A stretch of 38,307 bases of DNA from Octopus bimaculoides (GCF_001194135.2 NC_068988.1:78947636-78985942); one strand, 5' to 3'. Numbered from the stretch's first letter, positions 1-13,537 are shown. A program made the numbers and translations. Notes: generated by a model from the letters alone, not told the origin.

Positions 1-225
1 GAACGGAGAAAGAGAGAGAGAGAGAACGGAGAAAGAGAGAGAGAGAGAGAACGGAGAGAGAGAGAGAGAGAGAACGGAGAGAGAGAGAGAGAGAACGGAG
101 AGAGAGAGAGAGAACGGAGAGAGATAGAACGGAGAGAGAGACAGACAGACAGATAGTGAAAGGAAGAGGGAGAGGGAAAAGAGAGAGGGAGAGAGTGACA
201 GAGACTAAGACAGAAACACCGAGAG
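1..225. repeat. (GA)n microsatellite with recurring GAACG interruptions (loose minisatellite units)
   Basis: Seen directly: repeated gaacggaga(a/g)agagag... units followed by GA/GACA low-complexity sequence. Confidence 0.95.
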
Positions 226-579
226 ATTATATCACACACACACACCGTAGCTTGTAGGAATGTACTGCTAACAGGTTGCTGTGTATCGATCACACGTTCT
301 GCCAATCTACATTAGATTCTTTTGTCGAATTTTTTTCCAATCTTTCTTTTCTTTGTTTCGTTCTTCCTCTTGTTTGGTTTTGAAATTACTTTTCTAAAGA
401 AATCGTTATTATTATTGCAATTATATGCAATGCATAAGTCCCTTCTTTTTCAGTGTATACCGTGTACGCTTACTTTTTTTTTTTATCATTTTGTTATATG
501 TAACCCCCCCACACACACACACACTTTATGTCTGTCTTTGCATTGTCCCCCTCATCCATCGCCCTTGTGGCAAATAAAT

Positions 580-581
580 GA

Positions 582-626
<45 letters not shown>

Positions 627-861
627 CGAAAGAATTATTATTATTATTATTAATTCTTTCGATATNNNNNNNNNNNNNNNNNNNNNNNNNNNNNNNNNNN
701 NNNNNNNNNNNNNNNNNNNNNNNNNNNNNNNNNNNNNNNNNNNNNNNNNNNNNNNNNNNNNNNNNNNNNNNNNNNNNNNNNNNNNNNNNNNNNNNNNNNN
801 NNNNNNNNNNNNNNNNNNNNNNNNNNNNNNNNNNNNNNNNNNNNNNNNNNNNNNNNNNNNN

Positions 862-905
<44 letters not shown>

Positions 906-952
906 CACACACACACATACACACACACACACACGCGCGCGCACACACACAC
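580..952. repeat. (AAT)n then (ATT)n tract, assembly gap 666-861, then (CA)n
   Basis: Seen directly. Confidence 0.95.
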
Positions 953-1430
953 AAGGTCATTATCGAAGTGAAAATTGCTTCACCTTGAAATTAAAACCGT
1001 ATTGCTTGTCCGCTACCTCTTGCCACGAGTTAAAATGTCTTTGCTGAATTTTGATATCTATCTTCACATTTTGATTTCAAATCATGGTGAAGTCAACTTC
1101 ATGTTCTTACACAACACCTTTTTAGGAGATCGGTAATTGAAGTACCAGTTGTATATTGATAGCTTCATTCTATCGTCCCATTGTTTCCCCTCCAACTTTT
1201 ATTTTGTGGGTCATTGTCAGAATACACCATTGTTACATGACAAAAGTGATGGAATATGGAAAATACAATATGTTGTTAAGTACTTTTCACTTCTGAGTTC
1301 GCATGTGTTCATGGGTCAAAAAATAGAATAATGAAACCAGTGATTACGGAGATTCATTCAACTGTATTGATCTCCTCATCTATTACTGTCTGGCTCGGTG
1401 ACAAAACTAGAAATTATTATAAGTTTTAGT

Positions 1431-1630
1431 AGCTGTAAGCCGGCGAATTGTCAGCATGCCGGAAAAAATGCTTTGCAGTATCTTTTCCAAAACTGTACCC
1501 TCAGAGTTCAAATTTCACTGGAGTCTTTTTCTTTTTCATCCTTTCTGGTGTAGGTTAAAATAAAGTACCAGTCAAGTAGTGGGGTAAATGGTATCGACTA
1601 TATCGCTTCTCCCCAAAATTGTTGGCCAAT
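1431..1630 (+). mobile_element. tRNA-type SINE family A, decayed copy
   Basis: Collinear with the better copy at 33450-33645: gagttcaaatttc (B-box-like), cttttcatccttt...aaaataaagtaccagtcaagtagtggggt...atcgact...ccccaaaatt. Confidence 0.75.
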
Positions 1631-3218
1631 GCATCATAAGTAGTAGTTGTATTAGTTTGAAATATGCTTTCGATTGCCAAAAGAGATGTTGCATTTATAA
1701 CTGACTTCGTCGTATCTTTAAGACAGTTCGTACGTCACACTCATAATGTAATTTTTATCATATTTTTTTTTTTTTTTAATGTAGCACATAGGAAAGCAAT
1801 CACCCAGTTTTTAGTTATACGATAATTATTTATCTCTGATTTTAGTAATAAAGAAGAATCTCAAATAATTGTTGCCCTCTTTAATCGCTATTGAGCCAGT
1901 CCAATTGGCTGTAATAGTGAAGAAGCTAAGCATGACACTGTTAAGGAAACATCTATTGTTTTTATTGTAGTCTCAAATTCGATACGGTCAAGCAAAGCTA
2001 TGATTAAAAGGTTTCCCTGTCAAAAACGAATCCGTGTTTTAATCTAAGCTACATTGTTCAGTGTGCCCCTTCGCTTGTGTGACAGTATGATATAATTTCA
2101 CTAAGATTTGGTTGCAGTTATGACAGGTAAAATCTCCATAGCGATCATCACCAAAGGCCCGTAGAGGCAGTCTTAAAAAAAGATAAGAATAGCAAGACAC
2201 ACCGGTGAAGATCCTGTTGATATTTCAAGAGGATCTGATTGTTAAGTATTTAGTTATCAATATCTACAGATCGAGATGCATACATATATACATACATGAG
2301 CATGTATACAATACATGCACATACATAGATACACGTGTAAAAATGAACAGATTTTGACACTGATGTTCGAGCTGAGACCATCCGGTTGTACATTAGGCAT
2401 TCTTGCAACTGTAGTATGTTCTAAAGAGATATTTAGCTGTTATTTCTTACAAATAGAGCGCTGCTTTTGTTTTTTTAAATATCACTCCTTTTATTTTACT
2501 AACATTTTCATACCTCTTCATACGATCCAACACTCTCTTAATATAATGTATGTAATTTAGTCCTGAGTTAGTCCTGAGTACGATGCGGATTCTACCTTAC
2601 CACAGCACCTCCCTTCTATTAGTGAATGTTGTAAACCTAGGTTGTATATATTCATTTATGATTGTTTACTAATTCACATTTTGAAAGGTATTATTATTGT
2701 CGATGTGGTTGTGATGAAGATAACAAGCAGTTTATCATTGAGACAAAAACTGCACAGATGCATCCATTACCCCTCCTAACACGACCCGTATAAAATTTTC
2801 TGGAATCCATTTTGAAGACGGTACAGTTTCAGAAGTGGCACCTAATTTTGTCGCTTGTTGACTGGCAACATAACAATATGGTGCGAGGGAATCCTATAAC
2901 TGTAAGGATGGTAACGACTTCATTCAATACGTCGCTTTTTAATGAAGAGTATCTCGGCTAAGTGCACACTCATGGGAGGCCTTGAACTTTGCTGTTCATC
3001 CCTTTGGTATCAATAAAATAGTTATCTATAATAATCGCCTAGAATATCACCACCACCGCCACCTTCACGATTACAAATGATGGCGTTGTGATAAGGTAAC
3101 AGTAATCAATATTTCTTCTGGGAATTATATCGATTAGGAAATTATTAGACGTAAATTTAACAATACCCAAGAGAAATTCTAATCCAATTTCTGCACATGT
3201 TTGCGTGTTCATACGTTG

Positions 3219-3221
<3 letters not shown>

Positions 3222-3271
<50 letters not shown>

Positions 3272-3410
3272 TGTTTGCATGCATGTGAGCACGTACGTGT
3301 ATGCATGAAAGTGTGTACATTACACTTTTGTTAGCTTGGGATTGTGATTGATATGTGTGATTGCATGTGTGCGTGTTTGTGTGTGTATGTGTGTGTACAT
3401 ACAAATGCAT
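3222..3410. repeat. (GT)n and compound GT/AT/GC dinucleotide repeat
   Basis: Seen directly. Confidence 0.9.
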
Positions 3411-3648
3411 ATACGTCTATATAGATAATGATTTGATGCCATAGTCGATCTATTAACAATTATCATAAATTACACAATCTATTTATACACTCGGTTATAC
3501 ACTCGGTTTAAACACTCTTTCTATGGTTCCTAACAAACTATGTTTGTTATTCTACTTTCATAAGAATTCTTGCAGAATTGTTTTAAAAAGGAATGTCTAA
3601 GAGTATTTGTTACCGTTACGTGTGTTGTCATATTTTCAATTTAGTTCC

Positions 3649-3850
3649 TTTAGGCACAACTCCAAACATTTGTGCAGAGTATAGTTAAATAAATAGAGCT
3701 CAAAATTTAGCTAATACTCTATTTTATCGACCGCTGAAGAATTAAAGAGGAAGTTGTCCTTGTTGCGATGGTATTAGGAACGTAAATGGTCATAAGTAAA
3801 TGCCAGAAGGAATTCAGTCTACCACTTTGATGCTCTGTCAATGCCTTCCA
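3649..3850 (-). mobile_element. SINE family A, strongly decayed copy
   Basis: ggcacaac...tattttatcgacc...gaagaattaaagaggaagttgtcct...gaacgtaaa in the same order as the minus-strand copy at 33450-33645. Confidence 0.6.
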
Positions 3851-4294
3851 CTCCAATAGCATTTGAATAATACCTATGACATAAACTCAGTAGACTGGCA
3901 GTAAAGTATAAAACTCAGTAGTAGATATCCGACCAAAATATGTGATGTTGTTGCAATCTTTAAAATTCGTAGTTCATATCTTGCAAAAGTTAGCATTGCC
4001 TTTCATCCGTCCAGAGTCCATCAGTATGTACCGTTCCATCACTGGGACCGTTTTGTACCTATGATAAATACGTGATCAAACAGATTTATGATTTGTACTA
4101 GCCAAGCTGTAACCATCCGGTATCTTCTGTATAGTATGGAGAATATTATCCTAAGTTCCCTTTTTTATAATAGGAAGAAGTGATTTCAGTTTTTAAATAC
4201 TATTTCTAATTGATCGATTGATAACTAAAAAGTGCTCTTGTTCTTTCGCCCAGGACAGATTGTTACTCCTTACAACCAGTGTGACAACATATAA

Positions 4295-4327
<33 letters not shown>

Positions 4328-4480
4328 TCGCACACACAATTTTGATTACGCACAATATATTAAGTGGCAAGAGATGTGATCGTACCTGACGGTATTCTAG
4401 AGCTGTGAAGGAAATAAACCAAAACCTGAGGTTTAGAAAAACAGCCTACGTCAAGGATATTATTATCAAATTTGATCTTA

Positions 4481-4690
4481 AAGCGGAAAGCTACCAGAAT
4501 CGGTAGCACGTCAGGAAAAATGCTGTGACATTTCAGCTGTTTTTACGATTTGCGTTCAAGTTCCGCTGAGGTCGACTTTGTCTTTCATTATTTCGGTGTC
4601 GATGAAATAAGTACTTCTTGTTGACTGGGGTCAATGTAACTGACTTAGCCGCTTCCATGAAATTCTTGGCTTCGAGCAGAAATTAAAAAT
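4481..4690 (+). mobile_element. SINE family A copy
   Basis: ccagaatcggtagcacgtc...gcgttcaagttccgctgaggtcgactttgtctttcat...gtcgatgaaataagtac...actggggtcaatgtaactgactt. Confidence 0.8.
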
Positions 4691-5599
4691 CTGAAACTAG
4701 TATCAAATCTGATTTTCATAATAGACGATGTATAGTTTCTTATATCGTACGTCAGCACCTGACCTTTCAGTGTCACTAATATGCGAACGGAAATGTAGTT
4801 GTAGTGGGTAGCAGTAGGAGTAGTTGTCATGTATTTGCTCCCAAGTCAATGAGGTATATTCTTTCTTTTTTAGCTTTTCATATGGAAATGTATACTTTGA
4901 AAAGGCTTTGGCTGTTTTTCTAGCAAGCTGAGTCACTATTTAGCGGACAGTTCATTGTCTAGAAGTAGTACTACTTATTGCCGTTCTTATCGTTAAATTT
5001 CCTATGTAAGTTCTTAGTAATGGAAACCATCAGTATCAAGTGTTGTCCCTATGTTATATTACTTTCACACATGCAATAAGAAGTGGGCCATCTCTGGTTA
5101 TTGACCACACTACTAAGAGTTGTTCAATAGTTTATGGATAATCAGTTCTTTCAAAACCCTAACTGCTGTGCATTTGCTGTCATAATCTAACCAAATTAAT
5201 CTGATTAAATCTCCCCTCCCTTCAATCTGCTCATCAATGAGCAGTAATTATGCTATTTAAGTCTTCTTATCGGACCGAGAAACATCCTTTCTCTTCTTGA
5301 GCTCTTAATGTTTTAAATGATCTAGTATATTATCTCAGTACATGTATTACATACACATGTACACATATGTATGTATAATGTGTGTGTGTGTGTGTGTAAA
5401 CTCAGAAGTTTTGTAACAACGGCCAGAATAAACATAATTCGCGAAACAGTTTTATATAATATACACTTTTGAAAATCAAATATGAAACCGGTCAAGTATA
5501 TTTCTGTATTTTGAAATATTAAATTCTAATTAATTCTGATATATTCTCTGCGCATTTTCGAATTTTCGATTTCATTTCTTCCATCCCACTACTTGTCTG

Positions 5600-5686
<87 letters not shown>

Positions 5687-6177
5687 NNNNNNNNNNNNNN
5701 NNNNNNNNNNNNNNNNNNNNNNNNNNNNNNNNNNNNNNNNNNNNNNNNNNNNNNNNNNNNNNNNNNNNNNNNNNNNNNNNNNNNNNNNNNNNNNNNNNNN
5801 NNNNNNNNNNNNNNNNNNNNNNNNNNNNNNNNNNNNNNNNNNNNNNNNNNNNNNNNNNNNNNNNNNNNNNNNNNNNNNNNNNNNNNNNNNNNNNNNNNNN
5901 NNNNNNNNNNNNNNNNNNNNNNNNNNNNNNNNNNNNNNNNNNNNNNNNNNNNNNNNNNNNNNNNNNNNNNNNNNNNNNNNNNNNNNNNNNNNNNNNNNNN
6001 NNNNNNNNNNNNNNNNNNNNNNNNNNNNNNNNNNNNNNNNNNNNNNNNNNNNNNNNNNNNNNNNNNNNNNNNNNNNNNNNNNNNNNNNNNNNNNNNNNNN
6101 NNNNNNNNNNNNNNNNNNNNNNNNNNNNNNNNNNNNNNNNNNNNNNNNNNNNNNNNNNNNNNNNNNNNNNNNNNNNN

Positions 6178-6246
<69 letters not shown>
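5600..6246. repeat. (AAT)n, assembly gap 5687-6177, then (GT)n
   Basis: Seen directly. Confidence 0.95.
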
Positions 6247-6247
<1 letters not shown>

Positions 6248-8030
6248 CTACTTGTGTATCATTTCACATAATTCTTTAGCCTTTCTACAAATAATAATCG
6301 TCAGCTTTAAAATCAAAGATGACATTACAATTGAACGCCTGCTTTGCCTATAAAAGACAACGTTTCTGCAGATTTACTTCTGCAATGACTACCATGAACA
6401 GTGCCGCGGGCAGAAGAGTAATTGATTTTTTCTTTCTTTGAACACATGTTCTTCCATTCTTAAAATTTATCATTTTTTTTATTCCATTGTATAATACTTG
6501 ACTATTTTATAATCCTGTTATTTTTATTTCTTTCCTCCTCAAACTCTTTTCTATGGGAAATGACGGATAATCTTACATGAAAGCATGAGTTACACAACTT
6601 CTTTTTACTTTATCTCTTCTTTAAACTTACCCAGTAACACACATTCATAACCCACAAAAATACTAGCCTTCCCGTTTTGGTTTTTTGTTTATTTTGTATC
6701 CTAAGTTGTAGAATATTAATAACAATTTCATTTTATTTTCTTCATTAATATTTTTCGATATTTTTTGTCAAGTGTTAATTCTTTTTTTATTTCTACAAAC
6801 AGAAGATACTTATAAATCCACCAAAGTATCTATAGTTTTCAACCTATGTGTCTCTAAACTTTGCTCGACTAAAAACAACGAAACCTATTAAATCCACTGA
6901 GAACCTGCCACCTGTTAAAGCATGCTACTCAGTCTTTTGTCGTTTCAGCCCACTCGGCTTATTCCACTTATGCTAGTCTACTAAATACATCGAGGTTATT
7001 GACCTAATGTTCTTACCAAATACTAATACTTTATGCATGAACAACTGTAATTCAATAATTTAATATGACCTCGTCTAATGAAAATAACCAACAGTCACAC
7101 TTTACGCTTCATAAAATTTACCCATTGGACATTCTTCTACCTTCTCTCGTATTTCTTATTTAACGAATCAAATTTCAATCCTAATTGGATAATAGAAAAA
7201 AGAAGTCTCCTGAAAATGGCGGTATAAGTCTGCCTGTAGCTTTCCCTGTAAAACTTAAGAGAATTTAGATATGCAGAATTTATGAATACGATGAAAGCCT
7301 ACAAGTTAAACTGATGTTGCAGTTCACTGCAACTTCAAACCAAATTCACAACACTGAGTGAGACATGTGGAATTTATACGGAGCTGAAGTGATATCGATT
7401 GGCTTTTTATGGAATTTCATATAATTTGTTTCCTGACGTTCATGTACAGGTAATTTTTATTTCACTCAGGTGCACCGTCTTCGTCTAAAACCTGCAACCG
7501 AGACAATACGAAGTTTCCACGGAGTTGGACAACATGCTAAAAATAAACTAGACCTTACAACATGCACTGGACCTTGAAATATGACAGGATGGTTACGACT
7601 AGCGCAGCTATAATCATAACATAAATTTTCTGCTCACTCATCTTTTATGCTATTCATTATTTCAATATCAAACTTTCGCATACAGCCCTGGATTTTGGTT
7701 TGATGAACGCTCAACCGATTATGCTTAACATTTATTGGTTATAACATTATACAAAAAAGCAGCTAGCAAATATTACAGTATAGCATTTTTACAACAGAGA
7801 CATGGAAATGTATGCAATATAAAGAAATAAACATAAAACATCGTGCACACAAGCCATATGCCATTGTGAGTCAAACAAAATTATACTGGGTTCAATACAG
7901 AAAATAAAAATAGTACAGAAGAACGCAATAATTTTGTTTNNNNNNNNNNNNNNNNNNNNNNNNNNNNNNNNNNNNNNNNNNNNNNNNNNNNNNNNNNNNN
8001 NNNNNNNNNNNNNNNNNNNNNNNNNNTATA

Positions 8031-8215
8031 TATATAATACAAAATGGGACAAGAACGCAAAACAGACAGTTAGGTGATACAAGAAAGGGACAACAAAACA
8101 TCCAGATAGGCGATACAAAGAAAACAAGGACAGGTCATTCGGAGTTTTTTTTCCTCAGTCGGGTTCCAGATTTTCTTTGCAATTTCAGCTGGTTATACTC
8201 GAGATTGCTCCAATC
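8031..8215. mobile_element. Interspersed repeat fragment adjoining (TA)n and a gap; class unresolved (possibly Penelope-like terminal repeat)
   Basis: A-rich strand with internal repeats (gtgatacaagaaagggac / gcgatacaaagaaaacaaggac) next to TA repeats. Recalled as a common octopus repeat; not verified. Confidence 0.35.
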
Positions 8216-8378
8216 TAATAAAACGAATGGTTTACACCAGCTAGCTTACTGGTAAAGCACGGTCACTTTTACAGTGATTGTTATGTATATGCCGTGATTA
8301 ATAATAAATTCTCGTATATTCCATCATCCGTCTTTCATTTGCCATGTGTGTGCGGGTGTGCGTGCGTGCGCACGCGCG

Positions 8379-9387
8379 TGTTAAATTGGGAGCAAAACGC
8401 CAGAGAAGCTTATGATATACTCCATACTCTTATAGATTAACTTACATGAGACAAGTATCTGTTTTTCACTGGCACCAGATTATATACAGAGGAGGCGAGA
8501 GACGATGAGACGTGTGGGAGAGAGAGGGACGTTAGAGCATCAGAGCTGGTTGAGGAAATTTGAAATTTTCTTGATGAAGACTGTCATGTGTCTATAAAGA
8601 CAATAAGCATGAAGTTTACAGTCGATATGGCAACCGTACACAGAACTATTCATGAAGATCTGAGCACACGCAAAATTTGTGCAAATTTTGTTCCCAGGAC
8701 GCTCAAAGACGATGATAGCAAGGAGATAGTTGAATTCATTACCTCCAATTCAAGAGTGCACTTGAGTCTCTGGTAATCTGTGACGAAACCTGGATCTACT
8801 GTTATCATCCAATGACCAACAGATAGCGTGTCTAATAGAAACATTTTGGTTTCTCCAGATCCAAGAATTCCAATCAAAGCAAATCGGCCGGGAAGTCCAC
8901 AATGATCCTATTTTTCGACAGCAAAGGCGTCATCTATATCCACTGGTTTCCCTCACACCTGACGGTCAACAAAGAGTACTTTGTGGAAGTTGTAAGAGAG
9001 TTCAGGAAGATATTTCATCGCAAAGGCCAGAGATCTTCCACTCAGGCCGTAGTACCGGCATCAGGTCAATACACCAGTCCCCAATTCCATCTTGGTAACT
9101 AACTACCTCTCAACTGTCGATACATTGCTTCCTGTAACTTTTAGTTATTCCCCAAGATGAAGTAGAAGCTCAGGGGCAGTCATTTTGAAGACATTTAGAA
9201 GATGAATGAGACTGTGACAAGTGTCCTAGACAACTTCACTTTGGAGGACTTCCATGGAACCTTCACAAAGTGGCTGGGGTGTTACAAGTGCATTGAACTC
9301 AGAGAATTCTACCTTGAAGGAGATAAATTTTGGAATTCTTTGAAAGTCTCTTCAAAAAGTCTCAAACCTTCTGGAAAGCACCTAGTA
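8379..9387 (+). mobile_element. Decayed mariner (DD34D-type) DNA transposon lacking its 5' end
   Basis: Frameshifted translation gives the HTH region VSIKTIS...TVHRTIHEDLSTRKICANFVPRTL (WVPxxL-like), CDETWIYCY (first Asp), MILFFDSKGVIYIHW...TVNKEYFVEV, HQVN (HQDN mutated), CNF*LFPK (PCDF mutated) and a C-terminal KCIE...Y.EGD. A TIR-like 3' end aaaccttctggaaagcacctagta is followed by TA. Confidence 0.9.
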
Positions 9388-10489
9388 TATTACTGAGGTG
9401 GTATCTACCACCATAACATCTTGTGAGCCCAAGAGATAATAAATAAAACTGCGAAGAAAGAAACTATGTAGAAGCTTATGGGATTAACACAATCTGCTAT
9501 TCAAATCCGGCCGAGGACTATTCTCAATATACTACAGTCTGTTGAGTACACAGTCACTGGCACTCTAATACAAGATGGGCTGTAGCTATCATTGAAAGCG
9601 GATACACTCTAGTTCTGCTCGATTACGGCTAAGGTTGTGTTTCTGAAATTTCCAATTACACTAAAATAACTACTGACTCTGCAGGATTTGTGGCACCATA
9701 CAAACTCAATAGCCGAATATACTAGATTCTTAATCAACAATATTTAGGCCAAATTAGATATCTAGCCTAAAACAACTCAAACATTTTTCTGGAAGTGGTT
9801 AGTCAACCTGCTAGAAACAATAACAAAATCGCCTATAAATCACATCTGGCTTCTTAAATATTGAGGGATAAGCTTGATAATGAAGTTGATGATATACAAA
9901 AGGGCAAGATGACCACATCTGAAACACCTTTTTTGCCATATTCATCAAATAGAAATCAATGAATTTAGTTATAGTGAGGTTGATTAGTTTGATCCTAGCC
10001 TTGAAGACAGTGCCCCAGATTGAAACCTAAAAAATAATTAAAAGGAACAAGGTCTCCTCGATAAATACTGACTTAGTGTTAAACAACAACAACAACAACT
10101 GAAGGCTTCCACAAGATAATTAAAATGTTTCTCAAAATCGAAGAAATGTAAAATAAACAACACAGAGAAAAAGACTTTCTGAGTGGTTGAATTCTGTCGA
10201 AGATATTCCAATCACTGATTGCCTGATTAATCTGACCTGATCCGCTGAGAAAAGCTTGGCCGACGCTTTAAAGTTCTTTCTTGGTTAACAAACTGAGTGA
10301 CGAGTGCTTGTGGAGTTGTATTAGTAGTGTCTGACATTAGTGAAGTCGGTCAGCTGGAAGTAATCATAGAGTATCGACACAAAGTAGAAATAGATAGTTT
10401 CAACAGTAGTAGTTATAGTGAACTACTGTTGCTGTACTTACAGTCCCTCCCTCCCTCTTCTCCTGTTTTCTCATTGTTTGTCTCTCCGG

Positions 10490-10528
10490 CATTCTGTGTG
10501 TGTGTATGATGTGTGAATGTGTGTGTGT

Positions 10529-10586
<58 letters not shown>

Positions 10587-10720
10587 TGATTTCAATTAAT
10601 ATGTTTATATATGTATGTGTGTATAAATGTGAATTTCCGACAACCTCTCTCTCTCCGTCCCTCTCTCTCCTTCTCTCTTTCTCTGTCTATCTTTCTAATT
10701 ATTGATCTATCAATCTATCA
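10490..10720. repeat. (GT)n, (CT)n and CT/CTAT low-complexity tract
   Basis: Seen directly. Confidence 0.9.
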
Positions 10721-11365
10721 ATCTAACCAGCTTGTCTATCTGTTCGCCTGTTTGTCTACTCATCCAAATCCCTTCCATGTTTTGCAGTTCCCCTTTCCAA
10801 CCTCTTCCATCTTTCTACCTGTGTATCATCTTTGATCTCTTATTTTTTGTCTGGATTCCGGTACTTCTCTCACTCGGTTGTTGTTGTTGTCGTTCCAATT
10901 GTCTCTCCTCAATAAAACAGAATTGGTTGACCGAAATAAGAGTGTATATGCCGTTATCCGCGCCAAACATTTTATAGCGATCTGTCTGCCGTGTTTCTCG
11001 GTGAACTATCGATTATTGCTAATCACAAAGAAATAGCGAGAAGAGATGCGATTTGATGAGGAGCAATAACGATGATAGAGACTGGAAGAGATAGCAAGAG
11101 GGATAATAAGAAAGGGAAGAGGAAGGGAGAGAGGTGAAAGAATGGATAGTTAGGGTGGGAGAAAGTAAGAGAGACACTCACGGAAACTATTAAAAATACT
11201 GACTGTCGTAAACGAGTGGTGTTGTGTAAAGCAATGTGCGACAAGCTAGTGTTCTAACAGAGCCATGCTTCGGTCACGTGGTGTGAAAGATCGAGCAAAA
11301 GAAGAGATGTCAAGAAGTTAGAAGGCGCAGAAAGATACATTTAGATGGAGAAAGAGATTAGAGGA

Positions 11366-11366
<1 letters not shown>

Positions 11367-11411
<45 letters not shown>
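11367..11411. repeat. (GT)n
   Basis: Seen directly. Confidence 0.95.
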
Positions 11412-11413
<2 letters not shown>

Positions 11414-11736
11414 AAAGAAACATTTTGTATTATCACCCACCCACCCGCTGTTTATTTTCACTTTCGCTTACTTTTCTTTATAATCCTGTCATCAATAGGC
11501 GGAACACTTTGTAAAGGATAATCCCTAGATAGATTATAAACTTCGTCCAAATCTTAAATCCTATCGCTCTCGAATCGATCAATTCAGTTAATAAGTCGTG
11601 CAAGCAATTGGAAGTTCAATGTGGCATGAGAGGATCGTAGTTAAATATTGGCATGTAGCCGCCTGCCTTTCAACATGACTGACTATCATCGAATAACCAA
11701 ACCTGACCGATCAAGTTGACCTAAGAACGATTTATG

Positions 11737-11775
<39 letters not shown>

Positions 11776-12914
11776 TGAATACTCACAACTTATTTTGCTG
11801 GGTATGATGGAAAGTGTCAGCCAGCAGACTAAGGTGACACTTGTTTACTGGTCATGCTTCAAGAACCCCGCGAAGAATTCTTATAGTTCCAAGCAAAATT
11901 GTTTTTTGTAGGCGTTCTACCTGCACACTTGCACCAATCTTTTTTATCCATGCTGGTAGCTGAGTGCTGATACTTCCAAGTTTACCAATTTCTACTGGTA
12001 TCACATGTCTACTCTCTTCATTGACCACAACCTTCGTATTTCACACTTCAAATCGTCATAGTTGTTTATTTTTCTTCTTTCACATTGATCCTGTTGTCAC
12101 CGGAGCATGTTATGTCGATTATCATACATGTTCTTTCTTTTTTATTCACCACAACGATATCCAGTTTCCGATGTCAGGTCGGTTGATCGCACTATCCCAC
12201 AAGCTTTCGCAATTCTAATTTTTGGTGACTCCTTCTAGAGTTGTTTCCTCATACCACTTCTTTGCTCTTTGTAGGCTGTGATTTCCACAGAGCTCCCAAT
12301 GGATCATTCTGGCCACGTTGTTATGGCGTCTTTTGTATTCGCATTGTGCCAATTTTGGACATTCGTTATTGATGTGCCATACCATTTCACCCCTCTCAAC
12401 ACACATTCAGTATTTGTCTCTATCAGTAGTGTTGTCAATACTGCACTTCATATAGTTGGTCCATAACGCTTGTTCCTGAGCTGCTCATATGAGTGTTTCT
12501 GTCTCTATCTTCAGGTCACTCCTCCTCATCCATAGTCAGCGGTCCTCTGTTTCTGTCTTGGCGTTCACATCTCTTGCAAACTGACCGTACATTTTCTTTT
12601 CCTTCCATACTTTTTCTTTTTGTTTTTATTTTTTGTTTTTTGTTCATTTCTTGTTTAAATATTTCTTTCGTTGTACAATTTTCAGTTTTGATGATGTAAA
12701 CCTTCTACGTGTCTTTCAACAGTGGTTCAACGGCATTTTTTATATACCTCCTTAGGCTGTTTTCCTCTGCTTCGATACAGTCCTGGAAACTAATGAAACC
12801 TCTCTCACCCTTTCTTCTGGACAAGTACAGCATATCGGTGTCACTTTTGTGGTCTTGGTATCCATATTCTTCATTTCTTGCTTTTATAATTCCCGCTCCA
12901 TACCGAAGTGATGC
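11776..12914 (-). mobile_element. 5'-truncated R4/Dong-type RLE non-LTR retrotransposon (copy D1) between two (TAA)n tracts
   Basis: Frameshifted minus-strand translation: LRYGAGII...KSDTDMLYL...EENSL..YIKNAVEPLL, MYGQFARD, AQEQAL, WHINNECPKLAQCEYKRRHNNVARMIHWELC (CCHC knuckle region), endonuclease region DIVVVNKK..TCMIID, ending RILRGVLEA*. (ATT)n lies at 11728-11775 and 12915-12997. Confidence 0.9.
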
Positions 12915-12998
<84 letters not shown>

Positions 12999-13537
12999 TG
13001 AGTGGGAGAGCAGTGCACGCCATCAAAGTGACACTGGGGTAAAATATATGAAGCCTAGCATACCCGTCATGACTACACCAGGCACATGCATCGCAACCAT
13101 ATGTGCGCAACATGGTGACCTCATATCAAGATTAACAGCACATGACCTTGCAAGTGAGACCCAATTAGAATTTTCTGCAGTTCGAGTAGCTCATCCCGCT
13201 CAAAAGGTCCCTGAATAAGGGTTGTCTGAGCATGTTGAACGAAACACCCATGTTTCCAGAGGGGAATTATACAAACCCCAAAGAATTCCTCTCAACACAT
13301 GGCTATGATGCTCTCCCACTACTTTTGCTCGTGATCAGAGATGCACATATCGTCAGCCACTAAAGGACATGATCAAATAGTTAAGGTCAAGCAACTGACA
13401 AACAAATCTGTGGTATTGAGTAGAATATTTGCGTAACCTATCTTTTATACCAAGACAAAACAATCTACACGATAACACTTCCAATTAGTTAAGATCAGAA
13501 AGCACGAGAACCACTGCTTGGTACTACATCAGGACAT
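12999..13537 (-). mobile_element. Non-coding repeat of about 540 bp inserted in (TAA)n (element X, copy 1)
   Basis: Collinear end to end with 14707-15232 (roughly 85-90% identity by eye). No credible ORF. TAA-type tracts on both sides. Strand is inferred from the tract orientation of neighbouring Dong copies. Confidence 0.85.

Noticed and set aside
322-1047. Long ORFs at 322-1047, 5593-6279, 13735-14469 and 32320-32674
   Set aside because: They are open only because of N gaps and tri- or dinucleotide repeats (poly-I/N/Y, HT, CV).
8130-8165. CTGAGGA...CCGAAT on the minus strand as a hammerhead
   Set aside because: The only stem II pairing overlaps the core box, GAAA is GAAT, and stem I does not pair.
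13230-13370. CTGACGA and GAAAC-atgggt-GTTTC in element X as a hammerhead; also an HDV-like fold at its 5' end
   Set aside because: Stems I and II do not pair convincingly, and I could not build the P1/P3/P1.1 arrangement.
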